From Patescibacteria group bacterium (GTDB lineage: Bacteria > Patescibacteriota > Kazan-3B-28), in assembly GCA_041649135.1 (NCBI GenBank), contig JBAZNQ010000001.1, positions 163,037 to 227,036 on the forward strand: DNA of 64,000 nucleotides. The letters are read 5' to 3'. The position numbers and the translations under genes are program-made. This document shows, one piece after another, positions 10,251 through 20,192 of this stretch. The notes under the pieces are model-generated. The model was not told where the DNA came from. It saw only the letters and a program-made list of their open reading frames with translations, and made no database searches. The number at the start of each line of letters is the position of its first letter. The stretch's first letter is position 1.

Positions 10251-10284
10251 CCTATATGCCAAAAATCCACTCCAAGCCTATAAT

Positions 10285-10653
10285 GTGGTAGTCCCTATGT
10301 TGAAATTTAAACATAGTCTAATTAACGCTGTTCGGGGGATTCGTGACCTGATTCGCACCCAGCAGAATTTTGTTATCGAACTGACGATTGCACTGTTTGT
10401 ACTTTGGTTAGCCTATGCCCTTCATCTCTCCACCCTTGAGCGAGTCGCGATCGTGATCATGATTACTTTTGTATTAGCCGCCGAAGCTGCTAATAGTGTT
10501 TTGGAGAATATTTTAGACGGGGTCAGTAAAAATTTTTCTCCCCGTTTTCGCACCGCCAAAGACATGCTTGCTGGCATCACTCTAATCGTTGCCTTCGGTG
10601 CCGCGATCATTGGTATTATTATTTTCTATCCCTATTTAAAAAACTTCTTATGA
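10285..10653 (+). CDS. dgkA: diacylglycerol kinase / undecaprenol kinase family (DgkA)
   Basis: three TM helices; DgkA-like EAANSVLE motif; TATAAT 22 nt upstream; true start may be M5 (MLKFKH). Confidence 0.6.
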   Translation: MVVPMLKFKHSLINAVRGIRDLIRTQQNFVIELTIALFVLWLAYALHLSTLERVAIVIMITFVLAAEAANSVLENILDGVSKNFSPRFRTAKDMLAGITLIVAFGAAIIGIIIFYPYLKNFL

Positions 10654-11912
10654 CTAAATTTGTTATTCAAGGCGGTAAACCATTGAAGGGAAGTGTAAAA
10701 GTTCACGGTGCCAAAAACGCCGTCTTACCGATCATGGCATCAACAATTTTGGCCAATGATATTTTTGTGATCAATAATGTTCCCCAAATTAGTGATGTTG
10801 ATGTCTTGTCTGAAATTTTAAAGGATTTAGGCTCTCTCGTCTCTTGGACTGGTGATCATCAACTTACTATTGATAATACTCATCTTCATTATGCTGAACT
10901 GGATTTTGAAAAAATTCGTAAAATTCGTTCGTCCTTGATGATCGTCGGGCCAATGCTGGCTCGCTTTGGCAAAGCTCGCTTTGTCGAACCGGGTGGTTGT
11001 CAACTTGGTACTCGGTCTATTGATACCCATCTCCATGCGTTTGAAGCACTTGGAGCAAAAGTTGAATTTGATGGCGAACGGTATGAAATTGTTGCTGACC
11101 ATCTCACCGGTACTCGTGTAGTTCTAGATGAAATGAGTGTCACTGGCACCGCCAATGCCGTCATGGCCTCTGTATTAGCCCAAGGTACGACCGAGTGGCA
11201 TCTGATGGCCGCCGAACCGGAGAATATTAATCTCATGAATAATCTAGTGTTAATGGGTGCCAAGATTTCTGGGATTGGCAATCATACTTTGACCATTGAA
11301 GGAATGGGCCAACTTCATGGAGCCACTTTAACCGTAATTCCCGATCGTATGGAGGCTGCCACTTATGCTGTTATCGCCGCAGCCACCCACGGCGAGATAA
11401 CTATCGATGGCTATATTCGAGATCACCAAGACTCTGTCAGTCAACTACTGACACATATTGGCGTAGATCTAGAATTTATCACTTCTACTCAAGTTCGAAT
11501 CAAACCAAATCTCAATCTAAGATCTTTTCGGTTACGGACCGATATTTACCCCGGTTTTCCCACCGATGTTCAAGCTCCTTTTGGCGTACTCGCTACTCAA
11601 TGCCATGGCACAACCGAAATTTTTGAAACTCTCTACGATGCTCGTTTGGGATATATCAAAGATCTTGAATTAATGGGCGGGGATATCGATCTATTGGATA
11701 TTCATCGTGCCAAAATTACCGGTCCCACCAAATTGTGCGGTCAAACAGTTACTTGCCCTGATATTCGCGCCGGTGCTGGGTTACTAATTGCCGCTTTGAT
11801 TGCCGATGGTACTACTACATTAAATAATGCGAACGTTATTAATCGGGGATACACCGCTATCATTGAAACATTAAGTAGTCTGGGTGCTGATATCCGAATC
11901 GTGTCAGACTAG
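10650..11912 (+). CDS. murA: UDP-N-acetylglucosamine 1-carboxyvinyltransferase
   Basis: full-length similarity pattern (KFVIQGGKPLKGSVKVHGAKNAVLPIMA; catalytic Cys-region CQLGTRSIDTH; C-terminal GGDI..HRA). Confidence 0.9.
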   Translation: MTKFVIQGGKPLKGSVKVHGAKNAVLPIMASTILANDIFVINNVPQISDVDVLSEILKDLGSLVSWTGDHQLTIDNTHLHYAELDFEKIRKIRSSLMIVGPMLARFGKARFVEPGGCQLGTRSIDTHLHAFEALGAKVEFDGERYEIVADHLTGTRVVLDEMSVTGTANAVMASVLAQGTTEWHLMAAEPENINLMNNLVLMGAKISGIGNHTLTIEGMGQLHGATLTVIPDRMEAATYAVIAAATHGEITIDGYIRDHQDSVSQLLTHIGVDLEFITSTQVRIKPNLNLRSFRLRTDIYPGFPTDVQAPFGVLATQCHGTTEIFETLYDARLGYIKDLELMGGDIDLLDIHRAKITGPTKLCGQTVTCPDIRAGAGLLIAALIADGTTTLNNANVINRGYTAIIETLSSLGADIRIVSD

Positions 11913-12150
11913 ACAGACAAAATAATTTACGCTAAATTCGAATTGCCAGCCTAGGGGGAATCACCCTGGGTTGAGTTTGTTCTTGGGGTGGATCGATGAG
12001 TTGTAGTCGTAAACCGACGAGAGACGACAAAAGTGCTGATGCCGGAAAGAGCAAGAAGCCGCCAACCATACGCCGTGTCAGCTGTGGCAAGGGTGGGAAG
12101 TACGCCGCAGGCAGAGGCAAGCGTCGTTAACTACTCGTTCTTCCTCAAGA

Positions 12151-12180
12151 GGGCAGCCCAATGGGCTGCCCTTCTTTTTC
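12151..12180 (+). terminator. rho-independent terminator
   Basis: GGGCAGCCC-aatg-GGCTGCCC followed by TTCTTTTTC. Confidence 0.65.
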
Positions 12181-12308
12181 GCTCTGGGAGACAATTCTAA
12201 TCGATCTACCCTGTTGCCAATTTGTCCACATCTGATAATCTCCTTGTCATAGGAGAAGCCCACCTGTACAATACCATTGTAGTTATAGCACTTAAAAAAG
12301 GAGTCCTC

Positions 12309-12506
12309 ATGGCTTTCAGCTACAAGAACAAAAAAGGTTCAACATATTTCTTGCACTCAAAAGAAGTCACCCTTAAGGGTGGTCGCAAACAACGGATTTA
12401 TTACTTCGGTAAAGAGGTCAAGGCCGGTGCCTGTGACGCCGTCCCAGCTGGTTACAAAGTTAAGGAAAGTGCCCGGACTGGTTTGCCAATTTTGTACAAA
12501 GGATAA
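12309..12506 (+). CDS. small hypothetical protein (66 aa)
   Basis: AAAGGAG RBS 6 nt upstream of ATG 12309; Lys/Gly-rich; imperfect hairpin terminator about 12575-12600. Confidence 0.3.
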   Translation: MAFSYKNKKGSTYFLHSKEVTLKGGRKQRIYYFGKEVKAGACDAVPAGYKVKESARTGLPILYKG

Positions 12507-12684
12507 TTACCCCTTTGTCATGCTGAACTTGCCTGCTCGGCCAGGGTTTCAGCGCCTAACCGTCTATTTTAAAAAACACTCGCTCGTAAGGGCGGGTGTT
12601 TTTATGTACTTGACCAACAAACAAAACAGTAGCTAGAATGAGCCATCTTAGATTTGCACCTGAACAAGATTGGAGGTTAACTCT

Positions 12685-13152
12685 ATGGGCTACAAAGATG
12701 GTGAACCGATCATCGGTTCCAACAATCGGAGTGAATCAACTCCGGCAGGCTGGCACTTTCCCAGCACCGAGTTCACACTCGCAGAACTTAATCCCAAATC
12801 CGTCAGATTCGTTGGCACACCTTCGCCTCATTGCCGTCCCACCCTGCTAGTTCAGCATTTTCACAGTAACGGCGATCAGGCAAGTTGGCGTGTAAGCTAT
12901 CGAGCAGAATGGGCACCCTGTTGTGAAATCTCGATTGTGGTTATTATGACCACCAACGAACTCCGTTGTGCCTTCACAGAGGCAAAGAGTAATTATGGTA
13001 GCGATTGGGTATTTCAGCGATCAGATGATTGTCTATCGATACCCACTCACGATCATGGTGTCAACATTCTGTTAACTGCCGAGATTTGCGAAGCAATCGA
13101 GAAATTCTTAGCGCAAAACGCTAAGTCACCCGCTGTGTCTCAAGGAGAGTAA
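12685..13152 (+). CDS. hypothetical protein (GC-rich)
   Basis: GGAGG RBS 8 nt upstream of ATG 12685; Cys/His-containing 155-aa protein. Confidence 0.35.
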   Translation: MGYKDGEPIIGSNNRSESTPAGWHFPSTEFTLAELNPKSVRFVGTPSPHCRPTLLVQHFHSNGDQASWRVSYRAEWAPCCEISIVVIMTTNELRCAFTEAKSNYGSDWVFQRSDDCLSIPTHDHGVNILLTAEICEAIEKFLAQNAKSPAVSQGE

Positions 13153-13155
13153 CAA

Positions 13156-13779
13156 ATGTCCATCGAAACCATCCTGAACCTAGTCGTCTTATGTGTCATC
13201 GTAGCGATTGGCGCTATTGCAACCATCGCCATCATCGCCCGTATACGACGGCATGGTCAGCAAACGTCCTATAACTCCATGGCAGGCGGTATTGCCACAT
13301 GGCTAGCATCCGATTCCCATTTGCTTGTCCATATGGCAGAGTTTTCGCGAGCCACGTTAACTGACGAGCTGCTCCAGAGCCTTCGTCAGCACGAACCATG
13401 GATCATCAACGCAGTACAGGCTGGCACCACCTATCTCGCCGGTGGCCAATCGTTTTATCTGATTTGTCTCTACGACCAGAACCAGTCCGACATCTGCAAA
13501 ATCGAAGATGGTGATACGCACATTGCATTAAAAGAATGCTTGTGCCGGCTGCTATTCGCCTTTTTCCCTGCTAAATCCGCTGGCCAGAACGAAGACGCTT
13601 GGCTCGATTGGGCACGCACACATTTCGAGCTGTTCTTGATACCTCTTAACGAGGATCTGTCGGTTCGAGACAGCTGCTTCAACTTGAAGCACGCTCGTAA
13701 CTTGCCTGGTTCACTGGAGATCTGGATTGCCGAGGACATGCCGCTGAACAAACCGCTGCACACGCCTAACCCCGAGTAG
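13156..13779 (+). CDS. hypothetical membrane-anchored protein (GC-rich)
   Basis: N-terminal TM helix (LNLVVLCVIVAIGAIATIAIIA); tightly follows the previous ORF. Confidence 0.4.
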   Translation: MSIETILNLVVLCVIVAIGAIATIAIIARIRRHGQQTSYNSMAGGIATWLASDSHLLVHMAEFSRATLTDELLQSLRQHEPWIINAVQAGTTYLAGGQSFYLICLYDQNQSDICKIEDGDTHIALKECLCRLLFAFFPAKSAGQNEDAWLDWARTHFELFLIPLNEDLSVRDSCFNLKHARNLPGSLEIWIAEDMPLNKPLHTPNPE

Positions 13780-13796
13780 GTCTGACCATCTTTCTA

Positions 13797-13823
13797 AAGC
13801 CGCTCCTAACCAGAGCGGCTTTT
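13797..13823 (+). terminator. rho-independent terminator
   Basis: AAGCCGCTC-ctaacca-GAGCGGCTT followed by TT. Confidence 0.6.
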
Positions 13824-14063
13824 CATATGGATTTATAAATACCTAGGGCAAGCCCAATAGTTTTGTCTTGGTAGCCCTAGTGGGACAGAATTGGAACCAA
13901 CTAATGGGGGAGATTAGGGCTTTAATGGATCTCTCAAAAGAGATCAGTTATGCCAGCTAGGAGCGACTACCACATGGGATTAGAACCGGCGACATCCGCT
14001 ATTGTGACAGGTTTGGAGTGGACCTAGAATAATACTATTGATAGTCGTGTATAAAATAAGGGC

Positions 14064-14091
14064 TTGACAAATAATGTACATATGATATATC
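14064..14091 (+). promoter_or_regulatory. sigma70-like promoter for the GHKL operon
   Basis: TTGACA (14064-14069), 16-nt spacer containing TG, TATATC (14086-14091); AT-rich; 35 nt upstream of ORF 14126. Confidence 0.4.
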
Positions 14092-14125
14092 CTGATCAAG
14101 GATATATTAATAACAGATTTAAGGT

Positions 14126-14344
14126 ATGGAGCCGAGTAAGCGAGAAAGGTTTAAAAAACTAGCTGTTTATCGGACAAATGAAGTTCTTAAACGGTTAAAG
14201 GTTCTTGGTAACTGCTCAAACCGCAGTGCTTATGAATATACCGAGGACGAAATAAACAAAATTTTTTCAGAGATCGAACGGAAGGTGAGAGAGACAAAAT
14301 CTAAATTTCACTTCCCCAAAAGTCATGGTGGTTTTAAATTGTGA
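14126..14344 (+). CDS. small basic hypothetical protein, first gene of GHKL operon
   Basis: 72-aa Lys/Arg-rich ORF; 9-nt gap to the next gene. Confidence 0.35.
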   Translation: MEPSKRERFKKLAVYRTNEVLKRLKVLGNCSNRSAYEYTEDEINKIFSEIERKVRETKSKFHFPKSHGGFKL

Positions 14345-14353
14345 GGATTAAAT

Positions 14354-16027
14354 ATGAATCAAATACTTTCGTCTATTCCAATCGTCATTAAAGATCAACA
14401 TACTCTTTTGAATCGCATAGCAGAGGGGTACCAGTCAATTGAGAAAGTGTTGATGGAGTACATCGACAACTCGCTCGATAGTGCTGAAATCATTTTTGAT
14501 GAAGATACTAAACGGTATGGCCGTGATATATCCATAACGGTTGCTATTGATCGCAAGAACAACACTGTCAGCATAAGAGACAACTGTGAGGGCATGGACA
14601 AGATTACAGTTGGTGGTTTGGCTAATAAGGTGAATGAGTCCGGCAAACCTGCACAAGCTCGTGCTTGGGTGACGGGACGGTTTGGATTGGGTATTCATGC
14701 TTTTCGACTAGTGGCGCAAGCATTGGAGGTTACATCGCAATGTAAAGGCGCAGAGCCAACAGCTATCGTTATCGATAAAGACAGGCGAGAAGCAGAACTT
14801 TTTAAGCCGACCGCAGTAGGGCTAACACCGAGCGGAACACTGGTGCAGTTGTGTGGTGTGGAAAAAACTAGACTCAAACATTTAAACCCAGTTGAGTTGG
14901 CGAAAGAAATTGAAATATATTTTGAAGGCTTTTTGTGGCGAAACTTGAAAATTATTGTTGTAGACGGAGACACCTCTTACGCGTGCGAACCCTATGATTA
15001 TGAAAAATTAAAGGGGATCGAAATCAATGAGGTTATTACCACTTGGAATGCTGGCAAAACTCGTATTATTAAGCCAACCGAGAGAGGGATTATAGTTCAT
15101 CTAAAGATTTGTACCGAAGAAGGTAACAATAGAGCCCCTTACTTTGCTTGCAAGGGTAGGAGAATTAGTTATATTCCACAGCTTGATTCATTTATTGCTA
15201 AAACCGAACATCGCAGGAAAGTTTGGGGGCATCACCTATTGACTGGCTATATTGAAGTCCAAGACAATCTTGAGCCAGTTATTACCCGTGATGACTTTGC
15301 GGGAGGGACGGGAAGACAGCAGAACCGAACAGGTATCTATGAGGAGGTTGTTAAGCTGGAAGACAAAATTCATGATGCCATTGAGGCAGTGAACAACAGT
15401 AAGAGCGATGAGAGTTTTCGCAACCTTGCGTCCCGCTTAACAGACATTCTTTCCGATCTAGCGAAAGAGGAGGAGCTTAATTTAAGGTATCAACAGAACG
15501 GTGACAAAAATAAAAAAGGGGAGAAGGAACCCATTACGCCAGATCCGAATGGTTTAGATTACAAGGTTGATAAAAAAATAATTTACGATGGCCCCGGTCC
15601 CATCCATCCCAACCCACATAAGGAAATTATTAATGCCATCAGTGATCCAGATGGCTCCGTAGAGGGAACTAAAATTGAAAAAGAAAAGCAGGGTATAAGA
15701 ATTGAGTTCAGTCAGTTACCTTCCCCTTTGAGAACCCATTATGGTGATAGTGTAATTACCATATTCGTAAAACATAAAGATTTTCAAGATCGGAAGGGTG
15801 ATACACAGCTTGCGGAGCTAGGATCAATGAAGATTACAGCTAGATTGGCAAACTATTTGGCGGCTATAATTTCTAGTGAGTTCAAAGAAGTCTTTTATCA
15901 ACAGAAACACATAGAACCACCACGTGCCGATATTCTGAACCAGCAAATTGACTTTATCTTTAAGATGGAAGATCGCATGAAAGACTTCATCGATAAACCG
16001 TTACAATCTATAGGGATAATCAAATAA
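14354..16027 (+). CDS. GHKL (Bergerat-fold) ATPase, Hsp90/MORC/MutL-like N-terminal domain plus about 350-aa uncharacterised C-terminal region
   Basis: N-box E35-YIDNSLD42, G1 box D76-NCEGM, G2 box G108-RFGLGIHAF in canonical order and spacing; AGGA RBS. Confidence 0.6.
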   Translation: MNQILSSIPIVIKDQHTLLNRIAEGYQSIEKVLMEYIDNSLDSAEIIFDEDTKRYGRDISITVAIDRKNNTVSIRDNCEGMDKITVGGLANKVNESGKPAQARAWVTGRFGLGIHAFRLVAQALEVTSQCKGAEPTAIVIDKDRREAELFKPTAVGLTPSGTLVQLCGVEKTRLKHLNPVELAKEIEIYFEGFLWRNLKIIVVDGDTSYACEPYDYEKLKGIEINEVITTWNAGKTRIIKPTERGIIVHLKICTEEGNNRAPYFACKGRRISYIPQLDSFIAKTEHRRKVWGHHLLTGYIEVQDNLEPVITRDDFAGGTGRQQNRTGIYEEVVKLEDKIHDAIEAVNNSKSDESFRNLASRLTDILSDLAKEEELNLRYQQNGDKNKKGEKEPITPDPNGLDYKVDKKIIYDGPGPIHPNPHKEIINAISDPDGSVEGTKIEKEKQGIRIEFSQLPSPLRTHYGDSVITIFVKHKDFQDRKGDTQLAELGSMKITARLANYLAAIISSEFKEVFYQQKHIEPPRADILNQQIDFIFKMEDRMKDFIDKPLQSIGIIK

Positions 16028-16029
16028 TT

Positions 16030-16947
16030 ATGTCAGTACCAAACGACAATTTACTTGTGGCATTGATTGATGAGTTAGCTCCTGTTAATAATAAATTCCG
16101 AGCAACTCGTGATGCTGTGTCAAAAATCGAGCTAATGTGGGATTTTGGTGGGATCTTAAGCAAATATCTTAAGAAGAACAATCTAAAGCTCCATGAGTTG
16201 CTCTACAAAATTTACGATCCTTATAGCATGGTGAAGATGAGTTACATCACCCGCGACCTCGGAAGCTATGCATATCGCATTCACCAACACTTTAAAAGTC
16301 GATCAGAAATCAGAGATGTTTTAGATGGGCTGATTAGTTACGGAGTTTTTCGTGAAGCTGTCCCATTGCTTTTCAACCCAAAGTACAAATTATCTGATAC
16401 TCGCAAACAAGAAATATTAAAGATGCTGGTTTCCTCCTCTCTCTCTGTTAGCATAGTGGCCTATCGGTTGAAAACACTTAAAAAACAAATAAACCCAATA
16501 TCGAACCCAAGAAACCAAAGGGCAATGGAGTATCAGAGCGAACATGACTACTTGTTGCGCTTGCACAGGGATCTCAACGTCTTTTACGGTCAAAATCCAA
16601 CATACCCGTCAGCTAAACCAACAGAGGAAAAGTTTGGTAGTAAGGCAAGTAGAGAGGCCTTCGTTGCGGTACTGATGGCCTTATCCAGCGAAGCATTTTT
16701 GGGAGGTATAGACAATATCAATCCATCCGCTCTTGATAAAGAGCGGGCGAATCTATTTGAAATTGTGAACAGCAACTCTCAAAAGAGAGCAAGGTTTCGT
16801 AAATGGAGTGTCGGAACCAACGAATTGCTTAAAATCGCAGAGGCCTTACATTCTCTCAACAGTGAATCCGACTATTTGAGTTACGAATCTAAATTAAGAG
16901 GCGGGGCAATTGGGCCGTATAATAATGGACAAAGGCAACTCGGGTAG
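16030..16947 (+). CDS. hypothetical protein (alpha-helical, no motif recognised)
   Basis: 305-aa ORF 2 nt after the GHKL gene; overlaps the next gene by 38 nt. Confidence 0.45.
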   Translation: MSVPNDNLLVALIDELAPVNNKFRATRDAVSKIELMWDFGGILSKYLKKNNLKLHELLYKIYDPYSMVKMSYITRDLGSYAYRIHQHFKSRSEIRDVLDGLISYGVFREAVPLLFNPKYKLSDTRKQEILKMLVSSSLSVSIVAYRLKTLKKQINPISNPRNQRAMEYQSEHDYLLRLHRDLNVFYGQNPTYPSAKPTEEKFGSKASREAFVAVLMALSSEAFLGGIDNINPSALDKERANLFEIVNSNSQKRARFRKWSVGTNELLKIAEALHSLNSESDYLSYESKLRGGAIGPYNNGQRQLG

Positions 16948-17317
16948 AAAATTATTCGATGGCAAAGATAAATACTCGGTCCTCCAGAAATTAGAGGAAG
17001 CGTTTATACTAGGTGCTACCGATGGAGAAGCTTGTCTGTATGCAGATATTTCAACCTCTGCCCTATATGCTTACCAGAAGCGAAATCCCGCATTTCTGGA
17101 GCGTAAAGAGCTATTAAAACTGAAGCCTGTTCTACGAGCTCGACGAACAGTCGTAAAGGCACTCGAGACCAATCCAGATTTAGCACTCAAGTATTTAGAA
17201 AGAAAAATGCGGATAGAATTCAGCACGGGTCAACGGGTTCAGATCGGTTTGGACAAACATGTCTTAAGTGATGAGGATAAGGACCATCTGGATATCATTC
17301 TACAGTCCAACTCCTAG
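16910..17317 (+). CDS. HTH protein resembling phage terminase small subunit (gpP-like HTH) N-terminus
   Basis: pattern G-R-K..DKYS..LQKLEEAFILGATDGEACLYADIS.SALYAYQKRNPAF matches terminase-small/HTH_23-like domains. Confidence 0.4.
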   Translation: MGRIIMDKGNSGRKLFDGKDKYSVLQKLEEAFILGATDGEACLYADISTSALYAYQKRNPAFLERKELLKLKPVLRARRTVVKALETNPDLALKYLERKMRIEFSTGQRVQIGLDKHVLSDEDKDHLDIILQSNS

Positions 17318-19146
17318 GACAGCCCATCTTCTTCAGTAGACGAGTCTGGTTGAGTCTCATCTGGATTTTTTAAATTCAAACCAAAGTCCGTATGAAGGTC
17401 ATAACCCACCCGAAACATGTATCGTTCGACGGCCTTTCTGTCTCCATCGGCGTGAAGGTATATTTCGAGCCCTTCCGAATAAACGTCGCTGGCAGAGGCC
17501 ATACCGACGAGTTCTTTGTGTATCCAGTCATCCAAGCGATCATTCAAGAACCCAGCTGTGGTAAATTTATCAGAATGCCCCGCAGCTGTAGCACCCAACT
17601 TAAACAGCATCTTTAATGCTTCCGCAGCCATATCTTTAAAAGATGATGCCACAATGCTCTTTATCGCATTACGAAGGTTTGTGGCAGCAAGATCAGCACC
17701 GCTACGATTACCTACCTTGATGGCTGCAACACCAAACGAATAAAAAATGTAATAAAGCTGGAATACTACATCGGGGAAGTTTGTTATATGCTTGCTTTCT
17801 TCTGGCGTCAGCATCATCAAACGCCTGAAAACAACATCTACTGCATCAAAGTAGATTAGGGGGTACCAGTCTGGATGATTCTGATCATAAATAGCACTAA
17901 TACTAAATAGGGCGGCAAAAAGATTTTGGGTTTGATTTTTGTATTCCCAGTCGTCGGGCATTAGAGGCTCCTCGTGGTAAGACTGTCCAATAAAGAGTTT
18001 CTCGCCGAGCCAACCAATACACACAAACATTTCATCTAACCCATTATCCTTTTCGTTGTGTTGATCCATAATCCGCTCTGCTGTCTTTTCAAAAAGGTTT
18101 ATTACCCTTTTAACGACTACCGGGTGTGAAGTTACCCGAGTTTCGGCGATACGTTTCCAAAAATTAGTTAATACCTTTAGTGAGTCCGTGTTTCCAGAAT
18201 CAACCAACATCTCCGCAATGGACTGGGTGGTGTCCAATATAGATAAAATAACCGAGCCAAGGCCTTGATGTTGTATAACCTCTGCATGAGCATTGAACAT
18301 ATCAATTAAGTGTTCTAGGTAATGAGACAGCAGCCCTCGGTTAGCGTCCCAATTAGGCCATCCCTCGATCTTTTTGCGCACTTTTATAAACCGATCACTA
18401 ATGGCAGTAACTGATTCGAGAAAACGATTATAGGTGACTAGGTCAAGACGCACCAAAGCATCAATAGCAATCTGATTGGCCGACGCAAACGGATCAGTGG
18501 CTTTTTGGGAAATTTTGGTCAAATATGAATACCTTTTCATCTGGCGATCAAAGACCATTGATTGTTCAAGCTCCTCTTCTTGCGCTTTTAACTGTGTTGT
18601 TTCAGTATCCAATACTTCTTCCTGAACCTTGCCCGATTGGTCAAATTGTGCGAGTACAACGCTCATACGCCACATGCGGTTATCCTTGGGGCTAACAATC
18701 CCATATTTTTTATGTAAGAAGCTTTCGATTGCATTCGTAGTTGCCCTCTTGAGACTATCCAAAAGAAACTGACTTGGTTGCAGATATCGAAAATTTCGCA
18801 AAACTGCTCCAAGAAACAATGCAACCGTCCCTCCCAACCCTATCCAAATTAGCACTAGCATCCAACCAGCGCTTACGAGTTCCTGTGTGTGAAAATAGTA
18901 CTGGGGAACAAAATCATATTGCCCCAATGTTAACGAGAGACCGGCAAAAGCAGTCCACCCTAGCAAAACCACACTCAACAGCATAAATATTATGAGAACG
19001 GTGTCTTTCAGTATCAATTGCACTTCTCGATCAGAAAATCTACTGTAAATAATTTGGATGAAAACAAAAAATACAGCGACACAAATCCCGAGTACCGCTA
19101 CTTCGATGCCGAGCAAGCTATTGTAGTAATTTTGTAATCCGGTCAT
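17314..19146 (-). CDS. large membrane protein: four N-terminal TM helices plus roughly 480-aa cytoplasmic domain of unknown function
   Basis: 610-aa ORF convergent with the GHKL operon (4-nt overlap); hydrophobic helices in the first about 115 aa; no catalytic motif recognised. Confidence 0.5.
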   Translation of the reverse strand: MTGLQNYYNSLLGIEVAVLGICVAVFFVFIQIIYSRFSDREVQLILKDTVLIIFMLLSVVLLGWTAFAGLSLTLGQYDFVPQYYFHTQELVSAGWMLVLIWIGLGGTVALFLGAVLRNFRYLQPSQFLLDSLKRATTNAIESFLHKKYGIVSPKDNRMWRMSVVLAQFDQSGKVQEEVLDTETTQLKAQEEELEQSMVFDRQMKRYSYLTKISQKATDPFASANQIAIDALVRLDLVTYNRFLESVTAISDRFIKVRKKIEGWPNWDANRGLLSHYLEHLIDMFNAHAEVIQHQGLGSVILSILDTTQSIAEMLVDSGNTDSLKVLTNFWKRIAETRVTSHPVVVKRVINLFEKTAERIMDQHNEKDNGLDEMFVCIGWLGEKLFIGQSYHEEPLMPDDWEYKNQTQNLFAALFSISAIYDQNHPDWYPLIYFDAVDVVFRRLMMLTPEESKHITNFPDVVFQLYYIFYSFGVAAIKVGNRSGADLAATNLRNAIKSIVASSFKDMAAEALKMLFKLGATAAGHSDKFTTAGFLNDRLDDWIHKELVGMASASDVYSEGLEIYLHADGDRKAVERYMFRVGYDLHTDFGLNLKNPDETQPDSSTEEDGLS

Positions 19147-19536
19147 TGGTTATGGAGTTATTTACGCAAAGAGCGGGTTGCCCCCGCTACATCTATTTTA
19201 CCACCAGTTGACCTAGTCGACCCCTAATAATGGCCGGTATCAATAGTGCCCTCTTGGCAAGGAATACCTCTGTGCTAATATGGAGGCGTTCACCCACAAC
19301 TTAATAAAACCGAAGAACTTTTCTATATGAAGAGATTCGTCATGGATAAAGGCGGGCAGATGCTCGGCGTCCATGACGATCTACTCTTCGGAGCAAGAGG
19401 TTGTGGGTGAACCGCTAGAGGTCTGCCCACTTTTGATATGAATTTATATCTACCCCCTCGCCCCAATCTTCCTTATAACAAAAACCGCAACAAGGCCACT
19501 TTAAAGTTCCCCTTTACACGTGAGGAGCTGACAAAG

Positions 19537-19773
19537 ATGGCCAAAAAGGAGAGTTTCTTTGAAGAGAAAAGACTAGGAGAGTTTATGCGGTTTGGAGAAA
19601 TGTTTCTTTTGGGTAATCTCTGGGCGATGATGTGGGTTGGTGGGTTCGGCGTCAACGGCATTTCGATAGGCGTAATCGTGGGAGGTTGGTTAATTGGAGG
19701 AATGGCAGCCATATCTTGGGGTCGCAAAATAGATCGACTTAAAAAGGGTGACTGGAAATCTTTATGGCCCTAG
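19537..19773 (+). CDS. small membrane protein (two TM helices)
   Basis: GAGGAG RBS 9 nt upstream of ATG 19537; Gly/Trp-rich helices. Confidence 0.3.
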   Translation: MAKKESFFEEKRLGEFMRFGEMFLLGNLWAMMWVGGFGVNGISIGVIVGGWLIGGMAAISWGRKIDRLKKGDWKSLWP

Positions 19774-19903
19774 AATAGTTATCCATATTGACGCCTATTG
19801 AAATATTGATAGACTGAATGTACAAGTAGCTGGCCTTTGGGCCATTCGACATATCGCTGACGGCACAGTTAGTTTTTAGAAAAATGACGGCAATTATTTT
19901 GTA

Positions 19904-20152
19904 ATGCCGTCATTTATGCGTACCCAAACCCGTGGTTTGCTCACAAACCAGTCTAACCTGTCTGATGAAGAAGCCCTAAATCGTTGGAATGCAACGGGGA
20001 GACTGACCATTGAACAATGTCGGAAGATCGACCCCAGATTAATGAAATTGTCAGACAAAGATATATTAGTTATTTTGCATGACCTGTACGGGTTAGGGCA
20101 GCTAGCCTTTGATCAATGGTCCGAACAAAGACAGTTCCAAAAATCCCATTAG
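19904..20152 (+). CDS. small hypothetical protein upstream of the recombinase (possible directionality/regulatory factor)
   Basis: 82-aa ORF; its start codon lies inside an 11-bp perfect palindrome (19882-19915). Confidence 0.3.
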   Translation: MPSFMRTQTRGLLTNQSNLSDEEALNRWNATGRLTIEQCRKIDPRLMKLSDKDILVILHDLYGLGQLAFDQWSEQRQFQKSH

Positions 20153-20192
20153 GGTTATTGAAGGACTTCTAAAAGTGGAATACGTTTAGACT

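Noticed and set aside
11913-12150. Small RNA (6S/SRP-like) between murA and the orphan terminator
   Set aside because: No recognisable conserved motif. More parsimoniously the island's left junction (att remnant plus terminator). Left as part of the island finding.
12379-12850. Overlapping ORFs 12379-12636 and 12638-12850
   Set aside because: They overlap better-supported ORFs with RBSs (12309-12506 and 12685-13152) and span a hairpin terminator.
13940-14010. tRNA-like fragment (GGGATTAGAACCGGCG) considered as a left att copy of tRNA-Glu
   Set aside because: No T-stem complementarity and poor match to the tRNA-Glu 3' half. The degenerate match at 11954-11972 is better placed, right after murA.
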